A stretch of 60,393 nt of DNA, the filler included. It is 3 parts of 3 records of this genome, joined end to end, with 100 filler letters (N's around TTAATTAATTAA, not from the genome) between each part and the next. Parts side by side here need not be neighbours in the genome. Positions count along the whole stretch, not along the records: positions 1 to 27,886 come from SRR20825019_2193; 2 more parts are not named here. One strand, 5' to 3'. The translations under genes were made by a program, and so were the position numbers. A model generated the notes under the pieces. It was given only the letters and a program-made list of their open reading frames with translations. It did not search any database and was not told where the DNA came from. This document shows positions 1 to 9,956 of this stretch, piece by piece. Position 1 is the first letter of the stretch. Every line of letters starts with the position of its first letter.

Positions 1-778
1 TCTTCATGCCGAAGCCGCCGCCGACATCGGTGGTGATGCAGCGCAGCTTGTCCTTGTCGATCTTCAGCACCGCCTCCGCCAGATGCGGATGGATGAAGGA
101 CGGGCCCTGGGTCGAGCTGTAGAGAGTCGTGCGATCTGTCTCCGCGTCATAGAGGCCGACGGCGCCGCGCGGCTCCATCGAGTTCACGATGATGCGATTA
201 TTCACGACCTTGGTGCGAACGACCTGCTTTGCCCGGGTGAAGGCGGCCTCGGCCATCTCAAGGTCGCCCTTGTGCCAGTCGAAGCAGACATTGTGCGGGA
301 TGTGGTCATAGAGCTGGGCAGCCCCCGGCCTGGTCGCGCCCTCGGTATCGGTAGCGGCCTCCAGCGGTTCGTACTCGATATCGACCAGCTCCGACGCGTC
401 CCGTGCCTGGTCCAGCGTCTCCGCGATGATCATGGCAACCGGCGTGCCGACATGGCGCACCCGGTCGCCTTCGAGAATCGGACGCGGGGTATCGGCCCGC
501 GCGCTGCCATCCTTGTTCGGCGCCGGTGCGAGGCAAGGCAGATCGCCCAGTCCGTCTTCCTGAACATGTTTGTTGGTCAGCACCGCTATAACGCCGGGGG
601 CCGCTTCCGCGTCCGCCGTATCGATCCCCTTGATCCGTGCATGAGCATAGGGAGAACGCAGGATGAAGGCCCGGGCCGTGCCGTCGGGCGTAACGTCATC
701 CGTATAAGTGCCCTGGCCGGTCAGCAGCCGCTGATCTTCAACGCGTTTGATCGCCTGGCCAATGCCGAATTTTACCAT
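1..778 (-). CDS. Xanthine dehydrogenase family molybdopterin-binding subunit (CoxL-like), N-terminal part; truncated by the window edge
   Basis: Not in the ORF track. The minus strand reads MVKFGIGQAIKRVEDQRLLTGQGTYTDD...DVGGGFGMK from ATG 778, with an AGGAGG RBS just upstream. Confidence 0.9.
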   Translation of the reverse strand, partial: MVKFGIGQAIKRVEDQRLLTGQGTYTDDVTPDGTARAFILRSPYAHARIKGIDTADAEAAPGVIAVLTNKHVQEDGLGDLPCLAPAPNKDGSARADTPRPILEGDRVRHVGTPVAMIIAETLDQARDASELVDIEYEPLEAATDTEGATRPGAAQLYDHIPHNVCFDWHKGDLEMAEAAFTRAKQVVRTKVVNNRIIVNSMEPRGAVGLYDAETDRTTLYSSTQGPSFIHPHLAEAVLKIDKDKLRCITTDVGGGFGMK

Positions 779-928
779 GAAGTCCCTCCTGGTCGGGCCA
801 CTGCGGACGCAGCGGCCGAAATCTCTTGCGCGGATGTTAGGGTTTTAGAAGTCTGGCACTCAAGCAACAAATGGGTTAGCAAACTTTACTCTTCATACAC
901 CCTTCACAGAGTTAGGGGCTCTTCGCCC

Positions 929-1852
929 GTGAACCAACCCTTGTCGCAAAAAACGGCAGAGATCCCGCCTTTCGCGATCTTCCTGCTGGCCATGCTCGCC
1001 TTGCTCTGGGGCCTCAACTGGCCGGTGATGAAACTGTCCCTCGCCGAATATCCGCCCTTTGTGTTCCGGGCCATCGCCGGAATTTCGGCCGGGCTGGGCC
1101 TGTTTGCGATGGCGAAAGCCAATGGACAGACGCTCCGCGTGCCGCGCGCCGAGTGGAAGGGACTGCTCATAGTCTCCCTACTCAATATGTCTGTTTGGAA
1201 CATTGCGGTGCTCTACGGCATTGACCTTATGGAATCCGGCCGGGCCGCAATTCTCGCATACACCATGCCGCTCTGGGCAACCTTGACCGGCGCATGGTTG
1301 GTCAAGGAGCCCTTGCGCGCCCGGTCGGTTCTAGCACTGGGCCTGGGCCTTGTCGGCATGGGCCTGCTGTTCTTCGGTGACGACCGCGCCGTGTCGGGCG
1401 ATCCGCTCGGCCCGGCGCTGGTCGTCATTGCCGCGATGAGCTGGGGCGCCGGAACGGCCGCGGTGAAATATTTCCGCTTTTCCATGTCGGTCACCGTGCT
1501 GACCGGATGGCAACAGATGCTCGGCGCGCTGCCGGTCGCCCTGATTGCTGTTTTCTGGGACTACCAGCACATGCCGGACAGCGTGAGCCTGATCCCGACG
1601 CTCGGCCTTGTCTACAACATGACGATCACCGGCATCTTCTGTTACTGGGCCTATTTCAGCGTGGTGAACATGCTGCCGGTCGTTGTCTCCACCGTCGGCA
1701 CGCTGATGGTTCCGGTTGTCGGCGTGATCACGGATGCCATGATCTTCGGCACCGTTCCGGGGCTGGTCGATTATGCCGCCCTCACCGCCGTGGTTTCCGC
1801 CGTCTTTCTGGTGATGACCCGCCGGGCGAAACAACCTCAGATCAAGGCGTAG
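929..1852 (+). CDS. DMT/EamA family transporter
   Basis: C-terminal half of ORF 83..1852: LLWGLNWPVMK, about 10 hydrophobic segments, two EamA repeats. GTG 929 chosen as start because the upstream part is antisense to the Mo enzyme. Confidence 0.85.
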   Translation: MNQPLSQKTAEIPPFAIFLLAMLALLWGLNWPVMKLSLAEYPPFVFRAIAGISAGLGLFAMAKANGQTLRVPRAEWKGLLIVSLLNMSVWNIAVLYGIDLMESGRAAILAYTMPLWATLTGAWLVKEPLRARSVLALGLGLVGMGLLFFGDDRAVSGDPLGPALVVIAAMSWGAGTAAVKYFRFSMSVTVLTGWQQMLGALPVALIAVFWDYQHMPDSVSLIPTLGLVYNMTITGIFCYWAYFSVVNMLPVVVSTVGTLMVPVVGVITDAMIFGTVPGLVDYAALTAVVSAVFLVMTRRAKQPQIKA

Positions 1853-3120
1853 TGCAGGATGCTGAGGATCGGCACAAGCACGGCCCAGACCACGAACACA
1901 TAGGCGAGATTCGGGCCGATCGCGACGCGGGTCGGCGGCACATCGAACATCGATCCGGCCGTGACCACTGACAGGGAAGCGATGGAAATCATGGCGCCGA
2001 GCCCCCATCCCGCGAGCATGGCTTCATAGAGAGCCAGCGGCAGGACCCCGTGATCAAGGCTTGTCAGCGCGGCGAGAAAGATCGTCCCGGTGATGATCGG
2101 ATGAATGCCGACAATGGCAGGAATGAGCTGAATACCGATCATCAGAGCCAGCAGGACCGGCGCCGGTAAGCCGCCTTCAAGCAGCGGGGCGACATGGACA
2201 ATAATCGCATCCGCTTCCCCGGCGACGGTGCCGACCACAATGGCAACGGCGACAAGCGCAAGATCGTCCCCGAGATCCTTCATGCCCTCCGCCGTTTTCT
2301 CCAGCACCGGCCGTAACGCGTCCGGCCTGCGGAAAAACTGCAACATGCAGAGCAACGGCATCACCACCAGGATGGAGCCAAGTGTCGAAAGCGGCGTGAA
2401 AGTTCCAACCAGAATGACCGCACCGGCGGCGATCCCCAGCCTCGACGCAATCGGCCTGAGGCAGGCAAGCGCGGCACCGACGGCCCGGAAGCTGAACGGC
2501 CGGGCAAACATGGCAAGCCCGATAGCAATGGCGATGCAGACGCAGATGAAGCCGAACGGAATGATCTCCCAGAGCTCGACCATCGGCAGATAGGTGCCGG
2601 CTACGGCAAACCCGACAAAGAAGGGCGACCAGAGCACCGCGATGCTCATGCCCCGCATCGACGCGCAGGCAGCCGAACGGCGGCGTTCGTCGCTTGCATC
2701 GGCGGGCACCACGGCGGAAACCAGAGCAAAAGAGCCCGTATTCAGAACCGAGCCGAACACCGTCGCGCCAATGGTGATACCGACATCCGCCGCGCTGTCG
2801 GGAAGTGCCGCCAGCCTGTCCTGGCTCTTCCGCACGGACGGCATCAGCCGGGCGACTTCCCGTGTCATCTTCAGTGTCGGCAGCAGTCCGGCGAAAATCA
2901 GCGTGCGCTCAAGGCCCCGCCAGACGTCCGCCGGAGCGGCAATGGTGAAGATCAACACAAGCGTCACGACCGTGCCAATACCGACGAGAATCTTCGTCTC
3001 CAGCCGCGCCTGCGGCAACGTGCCAAGCACGAAAAGCAACAGACCACCGGCAACGATATGATCGAGCATCGGGACGGAAAGGAAGAGCCCGGCAACGGAA
3101 CCGGCCCATACGGACGTCAA
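1837..3120 (-). CDS. Multi-pass membrane protein, probable transporter
   Basis: 427 aa with many hydrophobic segments and a WSPFFVGFAV motif. Start uncertain (TTG 3120 or ATT 3159). Confidence 0.7.
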   Translation of the reverse strand: MTSVWAGSVAGLFLSVPMLDHIVAGGLLLFVLGTLPQARLETKILVGIGTVVTLVLIFTIAAPADVWRGLERTLIFAGLLPTLKMTREVARLMPSVRKSQDRLAALPDSAADVGITIGATVFGSVLNTGSFALVSAVVPADASDERRRSAACASMRGMSIAVLWSPFFVGFAVAGTYLPMVELWEIIPFGFICVCIAIAIGLAMFARPFSFRAVGAALACLRPIASRLGIAAGAVILVGTFTPLSTLGSILVVMPLLCMLQFFRRPDALRPVLEKTAEGMKDLGDDLALVAVAIVVGTVAGEADAIIVHVAPLLEGGLPAPVLLALMIGIQLIPAIVGIHPIITGTIFLAALTSLDHGVLPLALYEAMLAGWGLGAMISIASLSVVTAGSMFDVPPTRVAIGPNLAYVFVVWAVLVPILSILHYALI

Positions 3121-3340
3121 AAGCAGGACGCGCCAGTCCAGAAAAGACTGCGGAAGAATGGGATTTCTCCAAGGCGGGGGACAGAGCAGTCAGGATAAGC
3201 CAGAGTCTGCGCCGCACCGCAACATTTGGCAATCCTTATGGAAATAGCTCCGGGCCGCCCGAACGATCTTCCGCCAACGGTGGCAACGTGTTATCGGTAT
3301 TAGATCGAATTTGGCACAAAATTATGTCGGGCGGACTTCA

Positions 3341-3661
3341 ATGAGCGACACTTCAAATACCAACACCGGGGGTCAGGCGGCCGGACAGCAGCCGAACATC
3401 GTGATCGCCCCGGAATGCCAGGATATTTTCGTCGACGGTGTCATCGGCGCCATGGTGCGGGACGGTGTTGTTCGGATCAATCTAGTGAACACCCGGTTCA
3501 ATATCGACGGCTCACAGGTCGAGCATGCCGTGGTTTCCCGCATGATCATGTCCCGCTCGGGCGTGCGCAACCTGCATGCCGCCCTGGAACAGCTCATGGG
3601 CCGCCTCACCCGCTCGGCCGACGGCCGCCGCGAGGATGATCCCGCCGAGGACGAGAGCTGA
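3341..3661 (+). CDS. Small conserved hypothetical protein (DUF3467-like)
   Basis: ATG 3341; IFVDG...GVVRINL...RMIMS...LEQLM pattern. Confidence 0.65.
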   Translation: MSDTSNTNTGGQAAGQQPNIVIAPECQDIFVDGVIGAMVRDGVVRINLVNTRFNIDGSQVEHAVVSRMIMSRSGVRNLHAALEQLMGRLTRSADGRREDDPAEDES

Positions 3662-3671
3662 TCCCATCAGT

Positions 3672-4157
3672 CTAGATGGTCGCGTGCTGCAGAACCGTCA
3701 GGTTTGAATGACGGATCATGACGGCCAGATTGTGCAGAACCAAAACCAGCACCGAGGGGTATTCCGACAGCATATTTCGGAAATCGCTCGGTGCCATTGC
3801 CGCAACGATACAATTGTTCGTTGCCAGAACCTCGGCGGACCGGGGACCGCCATCCAGTGCTGAAAGCTCGCCGAAATAAGCTCCGGCGCCCAACTGATCA
3901 AGCTTCAGCGCATCGCCGATAATCGTGTGGTTTTGGACGTCGGCGGAACCTTCCAGCATGAAATAGACGTCATGGTCGGCTTCCTGGTCGGAGATAATGA
4001 GCTGCCCGGCCGCGAACCGGCGTTTACGGCAGACCGAAGCGATCGCCGCGCGCTCTTCTTCCCCGAGATCCAGAAACAGCCCAATCCGGCCAATCTCGTC
4101 CGCGCTGACGGGCCCGCCGTCCATATCCAGATTATCTGCGCTCATCACCTGCCCCAA
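3672..4157 (-). CDS. Stand-alone cyclic-nucleotide-binding (Crp-type) domain protein without HTH
   Basis: YFGELSALDGGPRSAEV phosphate-binding cassette; the protein ends right after the C-helix. Confidence 0.85.
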   Translation of the reverse strand: MGQVMSADNLDMDGGPVSADEIGRIGLFLDLGEEERAAIASVCRKRRFAAGQLIISDQEADHDVYFMLEGSADVQNHTIIGDALKLDQLGAGAYFGELSALDGGPRSAEVLATNNCIVAAMAPSDFRNMLSEYPSVLVLVLHNLAVMIRHSNLTVLQHATI

Positions 4158-4226
4158 TCAGCCTTTTGCATATTATGTCCATATAACATGCGCCTGCGGC
4201 CCAAAGGGTAACAATTCAGGGTAAAG

Positions 4227-4859
4227 TCAGAAGCGCCCCTCGGCTCTCAGTTCCCGCACCGCGAGGGCAATGGCGCGCGCGTCACCGAGCCCGGTATGGG
4301 CACCCGGCATGGCCGTATGACCAAGATGCTGAGGCAGGGTTGAACTCACGGTTTCGCTCTCCGGCAGCCCCAACGCTTCGGCAAGCCGGGGGCGCATATT
4401 GGCGAACAAGCCATCCGCGAAAGGCCATTTCATACCGGCCCATTCCACATTGAGAACGAGATCGCACCAGTCGTTTCCATTGGACACAACGAGACCGGCA
4501 TCGCCGATAAAACCGGCAAAACGGCTCACAGCCTCATCGAGCGGTATGCCATCGCGGCCGAGATCTTCATTGGTGATCCCCGTCAGATCGATGAAATAGC
4601 CGGAAAGGACGGGATTTTTCTCCGGTTTCACCAGCACTTCGAAGCTCGCCAGCTCTGCCATCGGCATGCTGGCGTCGAGCTTGACCGCCCCGATCTGGAC
4701 GATCTCCATGAATTCGTCCGGCCCGCTCCAGTTCCGGGCGAGCGAGCCTTCCCAGGCGGTAATCTCCAGATCGAAAACAACCACCGCACCTTGGGAAGGA
4801 AAATCACGAAACGGGCTTGCGGCGGAACTCTCGCTGACGCGATCTGCGCGTCCCGGCAT
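4227..4859 (-). CDS. DEDDh 3'-5' exonuclease (ERI-1/KapD-like)
   Basis: VVFDLEIT, EIVQIGAVK, LTGIT and AHTGLGDA motifs; ATG 4859 preceded by GGGGAG. Confidence 0.85.
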   Translation of the reverse strand: MPGRADRVSESSAASPFRDFPSQGAVVVFDLEITAWEGSLARNWSGPDEFMEIVQIGAVKLDASMPMAELASFEVLVKPEKNPVLSGYFIDLTGITNEDLGRDGIPLDEAVSRFAGFIGDAGLVVSNGNDWCDLVLNVEWAGMKWPFADGLFANMRPRLAEALGLPESETVSSTLPQHLGHTAMPGAHTGLGDARAIALAVRELRAEGRF

Positions 4860-4952
4860 GGCCGCTCTCCCCGCACTGGTTGATTTGAAGGCTGGTAAAA
4901 ATCCTCGGTCAGACGCTACAGTCTGCCCCCCACCCTGCCAAGCGAAAGACTG

Positions 4953-6326
4953 ATGACCAAAGATCTCGTCCATATCGGCTGTGGCGCCGGCTTCGCCGGT
5001 GACCGGAAGGATGCCGGCGGTCCCGTGGTTGATACACTCGCCACCCGTGACGGCCCGAAATACCTTATCTTCGAGACACTTGCGGAACGCACCCTGGCAC
5101 TGGCCCAGAAGCAGAAGCAACGCGATCCGGAGCGTGGGTACTCACCGTTTCTCGAAGCCTATGTTCGGCCGGTTCTGGAGCGCTGTCTCGATAACAACAT
5201 TCGCATCGTCTCCAATTTCGGCGCCGCGAACCCGGCGGGCGGTGCCAGACGCATTCTGGAAATTGCCAGGGAAATCGGCTGCCGCACCCCGCGTATCGCA
5301 GTCGTTTCCGGCGACGATCTGCTGACGGTGATGGACGAGAAAGAGATCCGCGCACACAAGACCATCGAAGGATTGCCCATCGGTGACGGCATTGTCGCCG
5401 CCAACACCTATATCGGTGCCCGCCCGATTGCCGAGGCGCTGGCTGGCGGCGCAGATATCGTGGTGGTCGGACGAACCACGGACCCGGCCCTGGTGCTTGG
5501 CCCGCTGATCCATGAGTTTGGCTGGATGGAAGAGGACTGGGATGCGCTCGCGGCGGGCACGCTGGCCGGGCATCTGCTGGAATGCGGCGCCCAGGTCACC
5601 GGCGCCTATTTCGCGGACCCCGGCTTCAAGGACGTGCCCGACCTTGCCCATGTCGGTTTTCCCATCGCCACCATCTCCCGCGAGGGCGCGATCCGGATCG
5701 GCAAGGCAGACAATACCGGCGGCTGCGTGACACCGGCGACCGTCAAGGAACAGATCCTCTATGAGATGCACGATCCCGCCGCCTATCTGACGGCGGATGT
5801 GGTGCTCGACATCACCGGCGTCTCCGTCGAGCAAGAGACCGAAAACGTTGTTGCTGTCTCCGGCGCGCGTGGCAAGGCCCGGCCCGACACGCTGAAGACC
5901 ACGATCAGCTTTGATGGCGGCTGGCTTGGCGAGGCCGAGATCAGTTACGCAGGACCCAATGCCCTGGCCCGGGCGGAACTCGCCCGGGAAGTTCTGAGCG
6001 AACGGGCCCGCGAACGCGGCAGCAATGCCGAGTACCGGTTCGACATCATTGGCACGTCCAGTACGTTCGATGGCGGCACGGCGCCCTATCCCGGCGCGGG
6101 ACGACCTGCTCCGAACGGAGATTATCGCGTCCGGGCCGCTGTCTCCTGCCATTCCCGGGAGGTTGCCGAGGATCTCGCCGACGAGGTGCTGAGCCTCTAT
6201 TGCTCCGGCCCGGCCGGCGGCGGCGGCTTCCGGCGCAACATCACGGCACAGATCCACACAGCCTCGATCCTGGTCGACAGAAACAAGCTGTCTCCCAGCG
6301 TTCAGTATCTCGGAGCAGAAGCATGA
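4953..6326 (+). CDS. Acyclic terpene utilization AtuA family protein (DUF1446)
   Basis: IGCGAGFAGDR, FETLAERT, GHLLECGAQVTG, KEQILYEMHDP and GPAGGGG motifs. Confidence 0.9.
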   Translation: MTKDLVHIGCGAGFAGDRKDAGGPVVDTLATRDGPKYLIFETLAERTLALAQKQKQRDPERGYSPFLEAYVRPVLERCLDNNIRIVSNFGAANPAGGARRILEIAREIGCRTPRIAVVSGDDLLTVMDEKEIRAHKTIEGLPIGDGIVAANTYIGARPIAEALAGGADIVVVGRTTDPALVLGPLIHEFGWMEEDWDALAAGTLAGHLLECGAQVTGAYFADPGFKDVPDLAHVGFPIATISREGAIRIGKADNTGGCVTPATVKEQILYEMHDPAAYLTADVVLDITGVSVEQETENVVAVSGARGKARPDTLKTTISFDGGWLGEAEISYAGPNALARAELAREVLSERARERGSNAEYRFDIIGTSSTFDGGTAPYPGAGRPAPNGDYRVRAAVSCHSREVAEDLADEVLSLYCSGPAGGGGFRRNITAQIHTASILVDRNKLSPSVQYLGAEA

Positions 6327-6703
6327 GTGTGGTTCTCGACACAGTCCGCCTGCGCCTGCACGACATCGCGCACGGCCGCAGCGGCGACAAGGGAAACCGC
6401 TCCAACATCAGCGTCATTCCCTATGCGGACACCGCCTATGACCTGCTGCTGGAGCAAGTCACCGAAGAGCGGGTCCTGAAGCTGTTTGGCCATAAGGGCG
6501 CAAGCGCAGTCATACGCTACGAGCTGCCCAACCTCCCGGCGCTGAACTTCGTCATCGACGATGCGCTGGAAGGGGGCGTCAACAGCACGCTCAATCTGGA
6601 CCTGCATGGCAAGACATTGTCGTTCATGCTGCTGGATCTTCCGGTGGAAGTCCCTCTCGAACGGGTTGAGGAATTCACCAAGGGCCGGATGCAGAATCAG
6701 TAA
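6323..6703 (+). CDS. AtuA-related C-terminal domain protein
   Basis: AHGRSGDKGN, RYELPNL and LDLHGK motifs; ATGA overlap with the upstream gene. Confidence 0.85.
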   Translation: MSVVLDTVRLRLHDIAHGRSGDKGNRSNISVIPYADTAYDLLLEQVTEERVLKLFGHKGASAVIRYELPNLPALNFVIDDALEGGVNSTLNLDLHGKTLSFMLLDLPVEVPLERVEEFTKGRMQNQ

Positions 6704-7482
6704 GAAGTGCTGCGCTTGGCCCTGGCTTCTGCTTCAAGGGCCTCTCTCTGTGCTTCGAAGATGGCTTCACGCATCTTCGCCGGCAGCGCCTTCAATCGCT
6801 CGGCGGCATCTGCCGACGAAAGCCTTGAGACATCCTCTTCCGGCATGGATTTGGCGTCGATCTCAAGCTGTGCCTGAAATTTCTTCAGCACCACATCAAC
6901 GGCGGCCAGGGCCTTTCGGCACATTTCAATCTCGTGCTGGATCTTTTCATAGCGCTCTTCGACATTGAGCCGCTTCAACTTCAGATAATCCCCTTGATCG
7001 GGGATTATTTTTTCGAGAGCCGGGAGCAGGCTCTTTTCAAAGGTGTTCTCAGCCAGACGGCGATTCTCGCTCTTGATGCCCAGCAAATCGAAACCGAGCG
7101 GTTTGGAGAGACGCCAGACACCGAGGCGGATGACATCGATCACATACTGGCTGTCATATTTTGTGCAAAGCTGGTCCAGCGACTCGCGTGCCTTTCCGGG
7201 ATTCGCATAACAATTGAAAAACCCCGAGGCGAGAGCATCGAGCTTCGTTTCATGCTTGGTGACGAACCGTTTTTCCGCCTCCAGGAAACTTTCGGATTTT
7301 TGCTCTTCCTTCAGAGTCTTGCCCACCTTCGACTGCAGGTGCCGCGCATCCTCCACAAGCTCCACCAGATTACGGAAGCGCTTTACCGCATCCGGCTCGG
7401 ACATAACCTGATCGAAATCCGCCCGCAGGGCTTCGAGTGCCCCTGAATTATTGCCGGAATCATCCATTTGATAAGTCGCCAA
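6697..7482 (-). CDS. Helical hypothetical protein with a BID-like segment
   Basis: 261-aa Lys/Glu-rich ORF with visibly lower GC; YANPGKARESL...LSKPLGFDLLGIKSENRRLAE. TATAAT on the minus strand at 7509-7514. Start may be ATG 7467. Confidence 0.7.
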   Translation of the reverse strand: MATYQMDDSGNNSGALEALRADFDQVMSEPDAVKRFRNLVELVEDARHLQSKVGKTLKEEQKSESFLEAEKRFVTKHETKLDALASGFFNCYANPGKARESLDQLCTKYDSQYVIDVIRLGVWRLSKPLGFDLLGIKSENRRLAENTFEKSLLPALEKIIPDQGDYLKLKRLNVEERYEKIQHEIEMCRKALAAVDVVLKKFQAQLEIDAKSMPEEDVSRLSSADAAERLKALPAKMREAIFEAQREALEAEARAKRSTSY

Positions 7483-7598
7483 TATTCTCTGTGTTCACAG
7501 CCAAGCCTATTATAGAGGGGTTAAGAAATACTGGATCGCGTGTATATTTGCGTGCGAGGTAATTACAGTCCAGCCACGAATTAACGAGATCAAAAGAC

Positions 7599-9899
7599 AT
7601 GTTGCGACGCGAAGATGACCGGTTGCTTACCGGCCACGGCTGTTATGTGGACGATTTGTTCCCGGAAGGTGCCGCGCATGCCATCGTGGTGCGCTCGGCC
7701 ATGGCACATGCCCGGCTTCTCTCCGTTGCCGTGGACGAAGCAAAGGCCGTACCCGGCGTTTTGACCGTTCTGACCGGCGATGATCTGATCCGTGAAGGCG
7801 TTGGCCCGATGCGGTCCCGCATGCCCATGATTGGGCATGACGGCAAGCCGATGATCGAGCCGGAACGTCCTGCTCTCGCTCGGGACGTTGTGAAATACGC
7901 GGGTCAGCCGGTTGCCTTCATCGTCGCAGAAACAGTATCCGCCGCCCTCGAAGCGGCCGAGCTGGTCGATATCGATTATGAGGATCTGGAGCCGGTCACC
8001 GATCTTGCCCATGCCGTCTCCGACGGCGCCCCCCAGCTCTGGGACGAAGCGCCGCGCAATGTCAGTCTGGACTGGCGGATCGGCAATGGCAGCGATGTCG
8101 ATGCGGCGATTGCCGCGGCCGATCATGTGGTGGAACTGACCGTCAACCATCCCCGTGCCGTGGTCGCGCCGGTCGAGCCGCGCGGCTGCGTCGGCGCATT
8201 CGACAGTCAAACCGGGAAATATACTCTTCACACACCGAGCCAGGGCGTCGTCATGCTGCGCGCCGCCATGTCGGAGGCGCTCGGTGTCGACGAGACGGAC
8301 ATGCGGGTCATCACCAATGATGTGGGTGGCAGCTTCGCCGTGAAGATCTGGCCCTACCCGGAACAAATCCTCTGTCTGCTCGCGTCTCGCATGACCGGAC
8401 GGCCGGTTAAATGGATTGCGGACCGCACCGAAAGCTTCGTCGCCGACGCGCCGGGCCGTGGCCGCCTCGACCGGGCGACGCTGGCGCTGACCAAGGACGG
8501 CATGATCACCGCCTTCCGGATCGACGCACTGGCCGATATGGGCGCGTTTCTCAATGCGGTGAACCCGTCCATCGTCACCAAGGGGGCCGTCCGGGTCTTC
8601 ACCAGTTGCTACAAGATCACGGCAGCCGAATACCGGGTGCAGGCCGTGTTCACCAATGCCACGCCGACGGACGCCTATCGCGGCGCCGGAAAGCCCGAGA
8701 GCGCGGGTACGCTGGAACGGCTTATCGACTATGCCTGCGACAAGCACGGCTTCGACCGGGCGGAAATTCGCGCCAAAAACCTGATGCAGCCGTCGGACCT
8801 GCCGTTTCATACGCCAATGGGCGAAGATTACGATGGCGGTGACTATCCGGAGATCTTCAAGAAAGCCCTCGCCAAGGCAGACTATGAGAACTACGCGGAG
8901 CGCCGCACAGCGAGCGAGGCTGCCGGCAAGAAGCGCGGTATCGGCTTCGGCATCCACGTCCATGCAACCGGCGGCTCCACCGCCGAGCGCAGCAAGGTGG
9001 AGCTGACCGACGATGGCAAGGTCCGGGTCCGCACCGGCACCCAGGATTCCGGCCAAGGCCATCAGACCACGCTGGCGCAGGTCGCGGCCGAAACTCTCGG
9101 CATCGATCCGTCGCAGGTGATCGTCGAGCAGGGAGACAGCGCCGAGCTTCAGATCGGCGGCGGTACCGGCGGGTCCTGCCTGATGCCGATCGCGGCCAAC
9201 ACCGTGCATCGCGCGGCCATCGAGATGGTCGAGAACGGCAAGAAACTGGCCGGGCACATCATGGAAACCGCCGCTCGGGACATCGAATACGAGGCCGGGT
9301 TCTTCAAGGTTGCCGGCACCGACAAGGCAATCTCCTTCCCCGAGCTGATGGCCCGCATGGGCGATATTCCGGCGGAGACGCTGGAGCCGGGCCTGCGCGG
9401 CGGCTGCGTCGGGGAAATGGATTTCGAAGGCAAGCACACCACCTTCCCGAACGGCGCCTATGTGGTCGAGGTAGAGGTCGATCCGGAGACCGGCCGCGTC
9501 GCCGTTGACCGTTTCATCGGTGTCGATGATCTCGGGCGGATCGTGAACGAGCCCCTCGCCTTCGGACAGGTAACCGGCGGCATTGCCCAGGCCATCGGGG
9601 AAGTTCTGATGGAAGGCAGTGTCTATGACCCGGACTCCGGCCAACTGCTGACCGGCTCGCTCATGGATTACGCCTTCCCGCGCGCCGACGACGTACCGTT
9701 CATCGATCATGCCTGGGCGGCCACGCCATCTCCGAACAGCCTGCTCGGGGTCAAGGGCGTCGGCGAGGTGCCGTCCATCGGCGGGCCGGGTCCGATCATG
9801 AACGCTGTGATCGATGCGATTGCAGGATACGGCGTCAAGCACATCGATATCCCGATGACACCACAGAAAGTCTGGACGGCGATCCACACCGGAGGCTGA
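7599..9899 (+). CDS. Xanthine dehydrogenase family molybdopterin-binding subunit (CoxL form II-like)
   Basis: RREDDRLLTG, DVGGSFAVK, AYRGAGKPE, GQGHQT and GVKGVGE motifs. Confidence 0.92.
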   Translation: MLRREDDRLLTGHGCYVDDLFPEGAAHAIVVRSAMAHARLLSVAVDEAKAVPGVLTVLTGDDLIREGVGPMRSRMPMIGHDGKPMIEPERPALARDVVKYAGQPVAFIVAETVSAALEAAELVDIDYEDLEPVTDLAHAVSDGAPQLWDEAPRNVSLDWRIGNGSDVDAAIAAADHVVELTVNHPRAVVAPVEPRGCVGAFDSQTGKYTLHTPSQGVVMLRAAMSEALGVDETDMRVITNDVGGSFAVKIWPYPEQILCLLASRMTGRPVKWIADRTESFVADAPGRGRLDRATLALTKDGMITAFRIDALADMGAFLNAVNPSIVTKGAVRVFTSCYKITAAEYRVQAVFTNATPTDAYRGAGKPESAGTLERLIDYACDKHGFDRAEIRAKNLMQPSDLPFHTPMGEDYDGGDYPEIFKKALAKADYENYAERRTASEAAGKKRGIGFGIHVHATGGSTAERSKVELTDDGKVRVRTGTQDSGQGHQTTLAQVAAETLGIDPSQVIVEQGDSAELQIGGGTGGSCLMPIAANTVHRAAIEMVENGKKLAGHIMETAARDIEYEAGFFKVAGTDKAISFPELMARMGDIPAETLEPGLRGGCVGEMDFEGKHTTFPNGAYVVEVEVDPETGRVAVDRFIGVDDLGRIVNEPLAFGQVTGGIAQAIGEVLMEGSVYDPDSGQLLTGSLMDYAFPRADDVPFIDHAWAATPSPNSLLGVKGVGEVPSIGGPGPIMNAVIDAIAGYGVKHIDIPMTPQKVWTAIHTGG

Positions 9900-9956
9900 T
9901 CCGCAACGAAGCTGTCGGATGCTGGCACAAGACCGGCACCGGCGAAGGGAGAAAAC

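Noticed and set aside
83..928. N-terminal ~280 aa of ORF 83..1852, an apparent fusion to the EamA transporter
   Set aside because: It is the antisense shadow of the Mo-enzyme gene at 1-778 plus intergenic DNA.
7599..9899. Aerobic CO dehydrogenase call
   Set aside because: Lacks the AYxCSFR motif and adjacent coxM/coxS genes.
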